Shown here: piece after piece, positions 38,279-49,876 of the stretch
Layout of the letters: each line of letters starts with the position of its first letter
Numbering within the stretch: position 1 is the first letter of the stretch
Assembly: GCA_030141605.1 (NCBI GenBank)
Contig: JAQGDQ010000573.1
Location: 1 to 64,000 of the forward strand
Direction of reading: 5' to 3'
Origin: Tubiluchus corallicola
Taxonomy: Eukaryota; Animalia; Priapulida
DNA length: 64,000 nt
The notes under the pieces: generated by a model
Database searches by the model: none
The model's input: only the letters and a program-made list of their open reading frames with translations
What the model was told of the DNA's origin: nothing
Translations under genes and position numbers: made by a program

Positions 38279-38598
38279 TTTACAACCATGACTACATTAT
38301 CATCTAATCAAAATTCTTATCGTCTCTTTTTTTAAGCAGTTCAACTTTAAATCACCACCAGTCTGATAAATTTGTCTGTGTATGCCACTATACTTATTGC
38401 GCTTACAAACTCACTATCTTATGATGTGTACGAGTGTAGCGCTCGAGCGTGCTGCAATAACAAAAGCACGTTGATTAACATTTTTTATATGCACATGTAT
38501 TTTTAAGCTTCTATTAAATGTTATTAGAAATGTAACCCCATTTAGCAAGCCTTGGATTTTTTTACATTTGTGTAATTAATTTATATACGTATTTTTAG

Positions 38599-38688
38599 AA
38601 CATTTAAACATCATCTTATTCGAACTCTCAAAGCTGTATCACAGTATACTGGATCGTGTGGATTTGCAGGGATATGCACAGTCTAACA
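38599..38688 (+). CDS. ZGRF1: ZGRF1 exon
   Basis: (E)HLNIILFELSKLYHSILDRVDLQGYAQSN; phase 1/1; TTTTAG / GTAAAT. Confidence 0.88.
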
Positions 38689-38932
38689 GTAAATATTTAT
38701 ATAATTACGTTGAATTATTTGATATAAAAAATGATTCATGTTTAACATGTAGAATCTCTTAAGGAGTATCATTTCCAATTTAAAACTGAGGACATAGATT
38801 TCTTAATGAATTCTTTGGCTGAAGTTTACAAGTAATGCCTCATATGTAATGTTTAGATCAGTACTCCGATATTACAGCAGTTTTGTTTTTAATTTTTGCA
38901 CGTTTCTATATTTAGTATGCTCTTTTGTTTAG

Positions 38933-39090
38933 CTTTGCATGGTGGAGGTGGAGAAATGAAACGAGCTGTCTCAAAGAATCCACTTTGTCAGCACAAAAAT
39001 CCGTCTAAGCTGATTCAAGTCAAGAAGCCAGGTCCAAACAAAGGCAGGGAGTTCTACACCTGTGCCAGCAGTCTTGACAAACAATGCAAG
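38933..39090 (+). CDS. ZGRF1: ZGRF1 exon, GRF-type zinc finger
   Basis: PLCQHKNPSKLIQVKKPGPNKGREFYTCASSLDKQCK = zf-GRF C-x-H...GPNxGRxFYxC...C; continues FFQW in the next exon. Confidence 0.95.
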
Positions 39091-39158
39091 GTAGAACACT
39101 CACTTTGAATATGTTATACATTTGCCCACAAAGAAGCTTACCAGTTAGCTTTGATCAA

Positions 39159-39645
39159 CTTCTTCTTCCCAGCTTTTCCCTATTCGGAGTCGCCTTTGTG
39201 AATGAGTCTTCTCCACGCATTCCTGTTGTTGACCATCTCTTCATTTATGTCTTCCCTTCCCACAAGGTCTTCACCGACTCTTCTTTTCAGGTGTCCATAC
39301 CATCGCAATCTTGCGAGGCTTCCACTACTTTTACTGTTCCTCTGATATAATTATTTCTAATTTTATCTCTTCTGGTTATTCCCACCATCCATCTCAACAT
39401 CCTCATCTCCACCACACCCATTTTCTTCTCTTCGATCTTCTTTAGAGAAGCTGCTTCCAGCCCATAGATTAGAGCGGGTCTGACCACTTCTTTGTCGACT
39501 TTCCCTTTAAGTCTCATTCATAGAAGGTTTTGGCGCAGTTTTTACAGGCGGATGCCCTTCCTGACCCTAACTCTCCCTATTTATCCGGGCTTGGGGCCGG
39601 CACTGAGTTGGGCTGGCTTGCCCCCCCCCCCCCCGTGGCTAGGTT
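39159..39645 (-). mobile_element. Non-autonomous bipartite RTE-derived retroelement, longer copy
   Basis: Same 5' end AACCTAG and (GAA)n tail; encodes ...EMRMLRWMVGITRRDKIRNNYIRGTVKV; perfect 14-bp TSD ttagctttgatcaa. Confidence 0.9.
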
Positions 39646-39914
39646 TTAGCTTTGATCAAGTTTTACAAATTAATTATTATTATTATTCCTTTTTCCTTTT
39701 TTTGTTAAATGTCTAAAATCAGAGCAAATACAAGTTTACAGCACATTACAAGAATTAGCTGTATAAAATGCGTCCAATGACAGCTAATGTACAGGTACTG
39801 TGGAACTGCTGGACCCCCCTCTTTTCACTTGATGAGTCTGTTTTCTTTAATTCTTTCTAAATAGTTGTAGATTATGTAATCCTTGAGCTTATTGTCAATA
39901 GCAATTCCCTAGTT

Positions 39915-40410
39915 TAGGGATGTGCAAATTGCAGCCCGTGGGCCACTTGCGGCCCGCCGAGAGAATTTGTGCGGCCCGCGAAGAGATTTGTCAGCCTAAT
40001 GAAAGTGCGGCCTGAGCGATTGAGTGTATCCAGCTGAAGTCCGTGCCACGATCCCAAAGATGGTGCGTTTAGTTTTTTCTACTAGATCGGATGCCATTCA
40101 CCCTTACAAGACGGTTGTAGCTTAATGTCACTGTACTACACAGACTGTGTGATACACATTACTAATATGCATTGTAATGAAATTACCACTATCTGTCCTG
40201 AAAGTAGAAATATATGTTTTGTAATATAAGTTTTAATAACTTCTAACATAGTTTCTTGAGTGTAGTAGTAATGATGTACGCAAGTCGGATGCAAAAAAGT
40301 CGTTATTAGGTCCTACTGTACTTGGCTCCTTGATCAAACTGCATGTGGCCCACAGGAATTGCGGGAAAGTTTAATGTGGCCCGGCTAGTCAGATAATTTG
40401 CACACTCCTG
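39915..40410 (+). mobile_element. hAT-like MITE family A (TIR CAGGGGTGTGCAA)
   Basis: ~490-bp repeat shared with five other copies; flanks ccctagtt / atctagtt. Confidence 0.85.
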
Positions 40411-41179
40411 ATCTAGTTCATGAAATAATAACAAAAATCGCTTGTATGGAGCTGTGCGCTTCACAGTTCCAGCGACTCGGTGTTTGGCTGTTGTACTCAT
40501 GCGGCCATACGCAGATGTCTGAGATAAGTTGCTGCTCGCTAGGTAGAGAAAGTACTGTCACTCACGCAGTGCCGACCCTGTTGTGCACGGGTACTGTTTC
40601 TTTTTGACTCAGCGTGCATTGTGTTTAAAAACCGTGCACCATATTCTTGATCGTGATAAACTGTAACAATTTAGGCCATTAGTAAGTAAAAAATATTTTT
40701 TTGTTTAGGATTTGATCAAGTTTATGTATAAATTTTCTGTTTATACGTCTGTTTCATTTTATACAATATAAAAACAATAGCTAAAATTTTTCTGTAGTAG
40801 CACCCCCACTAATTTTAGCTACGAGCCGCCTCTGTTATGCATGTGAAAAATTGCAGACATCACAGCTACACCCATAAACTAAAATAATTAAAATTTAAAT
40901 TCTAGTAATTAAATTTTTACTTAAATTAAGAATTGACTCACACCAAAGGCTATGAGTTCAAGTCTCAAGCTGGTATTTTCACTTGGTGACTTTTCGAGCA
41001 AAAGGAAAATTTCGCTGGTTTTACTTCTGCAATACCTCTGTGGTTTTATAAAGAACAGAGAAGTTCAGTTGTCCAATGAGTCACATTGTTTTTATGATAA
41101 AGCTCTCAGTACCATTCCATTTCATCTACCGTCTTACCTACTTCTTGGGGAATTGAGACGATTAATTCCACTGGTATGT

Positions 41180-41551
41180 TATATATATATATGTATATAA
41201 GATTCGAGATTACAGCTTCGACGACCTGGTGGGACTCTCAGAAGGAAATATATAGCTCTTTAGAAAGAGGAAGAACAGGGCTACACGATGGTGTGGGCTA
41301 TATTTTAGGACAAGTCCACTGAGAGGAGTGCCGACGAGTTAATTAGATGTTCTATTTTTGGCAATTTTCGCTTGGAAAACTGCTGACGCAAAACCATTGT
41401 TCTGACGTCATCCATTATGCTCTGCCTATAGCTTTAATTCAGTAAAAGCTGCTGCTGGCTTTGCGTTATAAATGAGGACTATGTAAGATGTTTGCGTATT
41501 TTTGGTTATACGTGTATTTATACGCAAAATTTTTTGCTGGGCCTTTGCTAG
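41180..41551 (+). mobile_element. Non-autonomous Helitron-like element
   Basis: (TA)n-rich 5' end then AAGATTCGAG; 3' hairpin CGCAAAA-TTTTTTGC followed by CTAG|T; no TIR or TSD. Confidence 0.72.
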
Positions 41552-41756
41552 TAATCAAGAGTTCTGGTGATTAAACTTAAATTGTGAAGTTGCACAATCA
41601 TGTCAAATATGATAGACCAGGAATTTACAACTTTTTCCTTTATTTTGGTTTTCCTTTAATGTTTTGCTTGAGTAATTGTTTACTCACCTTTCTTGTATCA
41701 ACTTGGAGGCCTCGCAGTTTTTCCACTTTCTGATAAAAGATTTTCATTTATTTCAG

Positions 41757-41945
41757 TTTTTCCAGTGGGCAGATCATCGTATGGAATCAGAAGGTTTTGC
41801 TGGACATTCGCAAAGACTAGCATTAGACTCCGCGTCAGCCATTGCTAGTTATTTACGGGGTCAAGGTGTACAACTTTACTGTGAATGCACTTTCCTGAAA
41901 AAGTCAACGTTAGACTCATTTGTACAACGAGGGAAGAATGTGCCG
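41757..41945 (+). CDS. ZGRF1: ZGRF1 exon (end of zf-GRF)
   Basis: FFQWADHRMESEG...YLRGQGVQLYCECTFLKK...NVP; TTTCAG / GTTAGT. Confidence 0.9.
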
Positions 41946-42169
41946 GTTAGTAGTGTGTCTACGTTTGAAAACCTAAAAGATTGTTGTTTATTATATGTGT
42001 ATTGATATTTAACAAAGTTACACTATTTTTATGTCATTTTGAAAAAAAACTATTGCGACTTTTGCCTTTATAATTGAGAAAAATGAGTCATATCCGTCCG
42101 AATTAAACAGTGGTTAACAACGAAAGTTGTACAGCATAAACAATCCAATTCTAGTTGCAAGAACATATG

Positions 42170-42435
42170 TGAGTAGTAATAGTAGTACCAGTACTAGTAT
42201 TAGTAGTGGTAGCAGTAACAGTAGTACGATCAGTAGGAATAGCAGTAGCAGTAGCAGTAGCAGTAGCACTAGTAGTTGTAGTAATAGTAGTAGTAGCAGT
42301 AGTAGTAGTAGTAGTAAGCAGTAGCAGTAGCAGTAAGTAGTAGTAGTAGTAGCAGTAAGTAGTAGCAGTAGCAGTAGCAGTAGCAGTAGTAGTAGTAGTA
42401 GCAGTAGCAGTAGTAGTAGCAGTAGCAGTAGTAGC

Positions 42436-42467
<32 letters not shown>

Positions 42468-42468
42468 C

Positions 42469-42500
<32 letters not shown>

Positions 42501-42687
42501 CAGTAGCAGTAGCAGTAGCAGTAGCAGTAGTAGTAGTAGTAGCAGTAGCAGTAGCAGTAAGTAGTAGTAGTAGCAGTAGTAGTAGCAGTAGCAGCAGCAG
42601 TAAGTAGTAGTAGTAGCAGTAGTAGTAGCAGTAGCAGTAGCAGTAAGTAGTAGTAGTAGTAGATGTTGTTGTTGTTGTTGTTGTTGT
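42170..42687. repeat. (AGT/AGC)n plus (GTT)n microsatellite
   Basis: Direct inspection; explains the poly-L ORF. Confidence 0.95.
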
Positions 42688-44913
42688 TTGGCTTTTGGAC
42701 TCGTCACCTGACCTTCATTTTAGATGCACCTAAAGAAGGAATCATTTCCTATAGGGGAATCAAAAAGGGGCATGCTGTACTAGTGCTACGTCTTGTAGTA
42801 CAAGGAAACTAGCCTCTACTTCTATAGATGCAGAACGGCCCAAGACAGATAGTACATATATGGAGGATTATAACATATTTGCACTTTTGTACAGTAATGG
42901 CTTTGAAGAAAGAAATCAAATATTAGATATTAAACTAATTAACCAAACAATTTAATCATCGCCTAATTCTAAAGTGATTCACAACAGCTTAAGTGTAAGT
43001 ATAATGACAAAAATATCAATGGCAACAAAGCTAATAACTGGGGTTAGTTGAGTATAAACATTCGCATAAATTCATGTCTGACTATGTAGAATGGTAGTAA
43101 TGTGTTGCAGTGTAATCTCTGCATCTGTATTCAGCTGGGATTCCAAACTTCCAAAAAACTACTAATTAGTCTTTACCCAGCAGTAGAATCAAAGGAGGAT
43201 GGTTGGCAAGGATACGTGATGCCACGCTTGTGCTATTAGTTACAAAAGGCGAAAAGTACCTGTTAGTGCCATGGATGTGGTTCCGTAGTAAGTCGACTAA
43301 TTTGTCAGTCAGTGAGTATCTCCACTACTGAAAACAACATCTGTGGAACAATTTTGGTTAATGACAACAGGTTAGACCATCAATCAGTCTTTCACGGTAC
43401 CACCATGCACGTTACATGCCATTTCTTGTGTGAGACTTTCTAGTACAGCATTTTTTTCAGATATTTTAACTTAACAGATACGAGCAAATGACCTGTCTCG
43501 TTCTGTGTCAAGTTGTCGCCTATATAAAAGTAGTGTTAAATAAAGTGTATCGAGGAACCTTTCACTTTAACAGCTGTAATTTTATTCACCCGAATATTGG
43601 CATTAACGACTTAGAGTTGCGCATTACAGACGCAGTAGGACCAACAAGCGTGAGTCAGATGAAATGATTCAAAAGGGGGTTTATTGGTAGGTCCCTACAT
43701 CCTAGTGAAATATCATTAACCGATAATGCATTTAACTATCATTAGCAATAGACAAATTTCATACATCCATTAAACACATGAGTTGTTATGCAGAGACATG
43801 ACAGAGTCCCCCCCTCACCAAAAAGTGTGAGATGGACTAAAAGGACGTTACCACTTTAAATCTAAATGCAGCATTACAGTGGATGTGAGAGACTACTACT
43901 TCATGATGCCCAAAGTGAAAAAATTCATGTTTGAGTAGCTTTATTGTGTTTTACCTGTAAGAAAAATCATAACAAAATATGACAAACTAATTTGAGCCAA
44001 AAAGGAAACAAAGAAATTAATAATAAAGTGAGACTGAACAATCAAAATAAACTTACATCATGGCTCTGCTATTCTTGACAAATAAATGGTTTAACTGAGA
44101 CAAAACAACAACAACAACAACTTTCTTAGCCAAGAACAACAACAACAACAACGACTCTCTTAGCCAAGAACAACAACAACAACAACAACTTTCTTAGCCA
44201 AGAACAGACTGCCAACTAGCCAGGTAAACTAGCTCTGTCAGTAGAGCATGACAGAAAGAAGCCAAGTCAAGACATACATACATGAATGCAGTTAAAAAGG
44301 ACAGTATAGGGGGTTTACAGAATGAGAGAACACTGAAGTAATAAAATAACCTAAAATCCTTCACAGTGGAAAAAGAACGAAAATCATGATAATCCTGATT
44401 CCTATTTGAAATCGTTGGGCAGCATTTGTCTCAGTGATTTTTACAACAGAGTTAAAAGAGATAAAAAACCATAGAACCAGTCATAATGAAGCCAGTTAAG
44501 TACAGTAGTTACAAAAGAACTAGCAACATATGACATTAAATAAAAAATGCACAGTTACAATTTGCAATAAAAATAGTTAAAATAATTACAATTTAAATCT
44601 GTAGATTCAAATTTGCACGAAAATGAATAAATAGTCATAATTATAAATAAAAATTCAGCTCTTAAGGTAATGCACTAAAATATTTAAATATAAATCACTA
44701 AAACAGGGGATAGCCTGAAACGATGTAGGAAAATATTGCAGAAACTTGTGTGTTTTGAAGGCTGTGGTAGACGGTAGGGCACTCTACGGTTTTGGGAACA
44801 CCAATAGAAACCCAATGTCTGCTTTCGAAATACACCAATTGTGATGTGATTTCTGCCGATGACACACAGACCTGTATAACGTACGATTATTCTTATAATT
44901 TTTGAACTTGCAG

Positions 44914-45007
44914 AAATGGCTAAAGTTTAAAAAAGCCGGATTGAATGCCAGGAAGAGGCTTTACCTTAGACTGTCTAATAAACTGCAGTCATCGGCTTAC
45001 AATAAAG
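44914..45007 (+). CDS. ZGRF1: ZGRF1 exon
   Basis: KWLKFKKAGLNARKRLYLRLSNKLQSSAYNK(D); TTGCAG / AAG|GTGAGA. Confidence 0.88.
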
Positions 45008-45181
45008 GTGAGAATTAATTACCTAACGATTACATTGTCAGATTTACAATCTCGTGTAAGCTTTATGTAAAACAGGCAGTTTGTTTGAATTACTGATGTG
45101 TCGAGAAATCAGTTACCGGCTCATTTCTCATATCAGGTGTTACAGTTTGTAATTGTTAACCTGTTGCTTATTCATCTTACT

Positions 45182-45742
45182 GACTATACCCAAATCACGT
45201 TGAAAACACCGGTTCTCGTCTGATCACCGAAGTTAAGCAACGTAGAGCTTGGTTAGTACTTGGATGGGTGACCGCCTAGGAATACCAGGTGCTGTAGGCT
45301 TGCGAGATGCCCACACTGTATCTCGATACTAGGCGGAGGAGCTGCACAAGCAGCCAATGGCTAGAGGGCGGAGGAGGTCAAGTGACCCAACGGCCACGTG
45401 TACAGGAGTAAACCTTCCAAATCAAGAGTGGAGCCCCAAAGGCGGACCAGTGCAGCTTGCTCACTGACTCCAGCAGCTCCTGCAGCCAACCTGGTGCCAA
45501 ACGTATTGCTCCGCATTCCTTTGGACTACACCAGCGAGGAAGAGAGGGGGTTCCTGTTGTCTGGGCAACTCAGGATCTCCATACACCTTGCCCAGGCGTG
45601 CGCCCTGGAGAGGCCACTCCAGTGGTTCAAGGATCGGACTGCTCAGCCACAGTCGACGCTGCAGCTCCATCAATGTGATCAATAACTGACTCTCTTGGCG
45701 CACACTCCATTGTCTTCAGAGACACAAGGATGCCAACCAACC
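45182..45742 (+). mobile_element. 5S rRNA-derived SINE (SINE3-type), near full length
   Basis: 45182-45301 is a recognisable 5S rRNA copy (A box AGTTAAGCAA, C box TGGATGGGTGAC, end GCTGTAGGCTT) with no oligo-T terminator. It is fused to a ~440-bp GC-rich body and a (CAAC) tail. TSD attcatcttac / attgatcttac. Confidence 0.9.
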
Positions 45743-46048
45743 ATTGATCTTACATCGATCAAGTAACTATAGCCGTGCTATACCAATGCACCCTAGATGT
45801 GCAATCTATGAAAAAACTTTTAATGTAAAGCACATTGCTTTGTGCATTAAAAATAAGATCAACTTTTCCTTGTTAACGATGGACTTCCGTATTCGTTTCT
45901 GTTATTATATGTTTCGTCTTAAGTAAATTTCAAATGTTAGTAAGCTTACAATTGTTTCAACAGGTTGGTGGTGGGTGGGGTGGGGGGTGGGGGTGGGTGT
46001 AGTTAGGGCAAGGCATTTTCTTTCGTGACAGTTATTGCTTATTTGCAG

Positions 46049-46195
46049 ATGACATTTGGATAGTAAGCCAGACTTTAGATTTTGGACGTAGCTCAACTTT
46101 TTTAGCAAAAAGCGTATTTTATGGACCTAATTCTTACTCGGAATTGGAAATTGCTCCGGTCAGCTGTTACTCGCCTTCCAACTGGAGTAATGAAA
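46049..46195 (+). CDS. ZGRF1: ZGRF1 exon
   Basis: (D)DIWIVSQTLDFGRSSTFLAKSVFYGPNSYSELEIAPVSCYSPSNWSNE; TTGCAG / GTAAGT. Confidence 0.92.
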
Positions 46196-46223
46196 GTAAG
46201 TGAGACTGATTGACCTACATTAA

Positions 46224-46737
46224 AGGAAAGATCAACTCTATTGGGAGGTTAGGCTTATTTCAGCGTTTGCGAAAAATGTTAGAAGGATTTGGTAATAAAA
46301 CTGCAATAGACGTCTCGGGTAACTAGTAAAATCACTTTAAAGTTGTGATCACTTCACGCTTGGATGCTCCCATTTTCAATGTCCATTCTTCTTCCAATGA
46401 CGTCCTTCGTCTTGAAGAAAAGTAGCGCACTGTCAATTGTCATCAAAAGTAAATAGTTTGTAATGTTTTTGCGTGAACATTAGCTAAGCTGCAGAAAACT
46501 GATTTTGATTAAGCAGCGCGTCGTCACGGAAAGTCATGATTCGCTTACGAAAAGTCACGAAGTCTTTCAGTTATGTCATGATTTTCAAGTGAATGGCGGC
46601 AGCTACCACGCCTGAAAATTTCTATTCTGAGGTAGCTTATTTTAAATAGTTCTCTACTAATTTCTTGATCATATTTTTGTAAGTCTAAGTGATAACAGCA
46701 AAATAAACACAACGGTCCGAATGGCTTGTTCTTTTCT
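46224..46737. mobile_element. Possible Kolobok-like MITE
   Basis: TTAA|AGGAAAGATCAA ... TTGTTCTTTTCT|TTAA; imperfect TIR starting with RR and TTAA flanks; single copy in the window. Confidence 0.45.
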
Positions 46738-47190
46738 TTAAAGCATATCACATCATGACATATTTGACTGACTGACTGACTGACTGACATATTATGAGCG
46801 ACTCGACTTCATTTTATCTGAAGCAAATAAAAACATTTTCTGCTAATCCAATGTTAAAAGGATAATTAACTGCTATAATGAAATTGTATAATAATATGAT
46901 GAAATATGAAGAAATCAAACTTACATCTTTGCCGCATCTTACTAACTTGCTAAAGAGAACTCGACTGACAAAATTTTGTTATAAAACGACACGACGTACT
47001 GAACAAGAATGATTTCTTTCCTATCCTGTCTGCAAAATGAGGCCAATGGCCTATTTCCTGTCCTAGCTCACCTGTCTATCAACAGCCTAAATTTGCAAAA
47101 AACAAACACAAGGAGGCACCACATGCTTATATCCAAAACAGAGACCTTAAAGTGATTTCAGACACGTTCACATAATTTTACAATTTAGGG

Positions 47191-47672
47191 CAGGGGTGTG
47201 CAAATTGCTGCCCGCCGAGAGAATTTGTGCGGCCCTCGAAGAGATTTGTCAATCTAATGAAAGTGCGGCCCGGGCAATTAATTGAGTGTATCCAGCTGAA
47301 GTCTGTGCCACGATCCCAAAGGTAGTGCGGGTAGTTTTTTCTACTAGATCGGATGCCATTAACCCTTACAAGACGGTTGTAGCTTAATGTCACTGTACTA
47401 CACAGACTGTGTGATACACATTACTAATATGCATTGTAATGAAATGACCACTATCTGTCCTGAAAGTAGAAATATATGGTTTGTAATATAAATTTTAATA
47501 ACTTCTAAAAGAGTTTCTTGAATGTAGTAGTAATGATGTACGCAGGTCGGATGCAAAAAAATCGTTGTTAGGCCTTTCTGTACTTGGCTGCTTGATCAAA
47601 CTGCCTGTGGCCCGTAGGAATTGCGGGAAAGTTTAATGTGGCCCGGCTAGTCAGATAATTTGCACACCCCTG
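47191..47672 (+). mobile_element. hAT-like MITE family A
   Basis: TIRs CAGGGGTGTGCAAATT; flanks atttaggg / ttttagag. Confidence 0.88.
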
Positions 47673-48856
47673 TTTTAGAGCATTGTCAATTCTCGTTAGA
47701 AGTACTCAAAGTAGTTAGTTAGTTTTTAGAATAGACGCTAGTTTATAAACGGCTCTTTCTTCAAGGTTTTGTTTTTCTTCTCTGTTAATAACATTATATT
47801 GTTAGATGAACTATGAATTGAACTATGAATTTTATTTCACACATCAAAATACAATATTGTACACATAAATAAACAATAAATAAAATGATCTGAGTAGTGT
47901 GAGGTGAGTGTATGACCATACGGTCATTAACACACTCACCTTACTTAAATGAAAATGAAAAAATTATTAAAGTTATGCGTGCTTTTGTAGATGACTCAAT
48001 GAAATTGATGTAATAAAGTAAATGATGTAATAATAGCAAGGAAACATAAGGAAAAAAGATAGGTAGATTTTACTCATGAAAGAGCAAGCATCAAAGCTTT
48101 GCTACAGTATAGCTGTATGATGTCTATGACTTTGTGAAATGGATACAAAACACCAGTTTAACGTATTGACCAAAAGTTTCTTTATTCTGAAAGACAATTA
48201 TTAACATTTAGTTTAACTTGCATTGAGTAGAAGAGAATTAGTTGCATGATTAAATGTATTGCTATAACTAAGAACTGATATAAAAATCATGTAGACTATA
48301 TTGAAATTAATTAACAATAACTTACGTTGTTAGAGCCTTTAACAGTTACAAAGACAGGAATGAGAACTCCAGGTAGCCTTAAGAACAACAATGTCATAAC
48401 AATAAATTCGTAAGAAATTCACAGTCATAATGCTCATCACAGTCAGAAAAATAGAGCAATGGCGGAGAGAACCAAAAGACTGGTAAAATGTCATACAACT
48501 ACTACAGCTATAGCTCACGAAAGGCCAAAATGCTAATGTATTGAAGGATATTAGGTGCTACAATTTTAAAAGAGTGACTACTGTGAAAAGGTAAAAAGCC
48601 TACTAAATAAACAAACAGGTGGCAGCACCGTGGCAGTAATTGAAAACTAAATTAAAACCAAAAAAGGGCCTATGCACCCACTACACTATGATTCATACGA
48701 TACTGTAATTGTGGACTTCATGTTCCACTTGGTGAAAGGCCGATTCAAAAGCCCGACACCGCCATTTAAAGGAAAAAACCTGATTTGAATTTTAGATGAT
48801 CTCAGCCAATTCTGCCTAGCTCTGTTAGCTTGAACACTTGGATATTAGTTATAATA

Positions 48857-49418
48857 CAAGGTGCATAAGATTATGGATATGTATAAAATAAATAAAATAG
48901 CTTATTTTATGGATTTTTGAAATTTTATTTTATGGATATCAATAAAATAAGAAATAGACTATATCTGGAACGAGATGCCCAGGGGGAAATCAATTAAAAA
49001 GTAAAAACAGGAGTGCTTGAAACGTGTTTTTAAACAAGCAGGATTTGGTTTTAATTTTATCGGTTTCATAACACTTCAAATTTAATTAAATTTTACGAGA
49101 CAATGGCTGGGTCTCTCTCAGTTGTTTTCAGACCGAACTCCAGCTCATGCTTTGGTTGAAACTTCGCCATCTTGATAACAAAAAGACAATGAAAAAAAAA
49201 ACAATGTAAAATAGCAAATCCGGAAATGCGCTTTTGTTGGTTTGTTTTCTTTCTCTTTCTCTCCTTCTAACGTTCGTTTTCAGTGTTGCCAATGCTTACA
49301 ACTCGTTACTTTGTACAAAAAATCACAAAAATATATTTTTTATTTTATGCATTTTTCAAATTTTATTTTATGGATATTTGGTCTTATTTTATGGATATCC
49401 ATAATCCTATGCAGCCTG
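48857..49418 (-). mobile_element. MITE family C, inverted copy
   Basis: Reverse complement of family C ends; TSD not recognisable. Confidence 0.8.
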
Positions 49419-49458
49419 GACCGTATCACTCTGATATTATAATATTTTCACTTTGCAG

Positions 49459-49694
49459 TGACTGTTCATGTCATACATGCTGCTAATGTTAGTAGTGAAA
49501 TGGCATGCATGTTGAACATACAAGATAATGTCTCCATCACCAGCGTGCCGATTCTTTCTTCTCTTCTCTCCAATAAAGATAGTAAGCGTAGCAACGACGT
49601 AAAAGTGTCAAGGCAGAAGAAAAGATCATTCGTCGTTCCTAGTGTTGCACCTTTGACAAGCGTCTGTAATGTGGACATTTCTTCCGGTCTTGTG
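49459..49694 (+). CDS. ZGRF1: ZGRF1 exon
   Basis: (M)TVHVIHAANVSSEMACMLNIQD...DISSGLV; TTGCAG / GTGAGT; phases fit. Confidence 0.87.
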
Positions 49695-49876
49695 GTGAGT
49701 TTCTGTAAAATTCTCAGTTTTCTGGAACCTTTGAATGAGATTCTTTGACAGATAAACACTTCCTGTTTTTTTTGCCATTATTTGAAATAACATGTAAATT
49801 TTTTGCCATAACACGCTTGCTTGTGTTTTGCAACGAACGTTTTTTTTTTGGAATTTGTGTTTCAGCTTCGTGGGCA

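Noticed and set aside
37931-38335. Poly-ER/SL ORFs, and poly-L/S ORFs at 42114-42707
   Set aside because: Microsatellite translation artefacts.
45182-45301. Functional 5S rRNA gene (also 1715-1835)
   Set aside because: No oligo-T terminator, substitutions in conserved positions, fused to a shared body, dispersed with TSDs: it is a SINE head.
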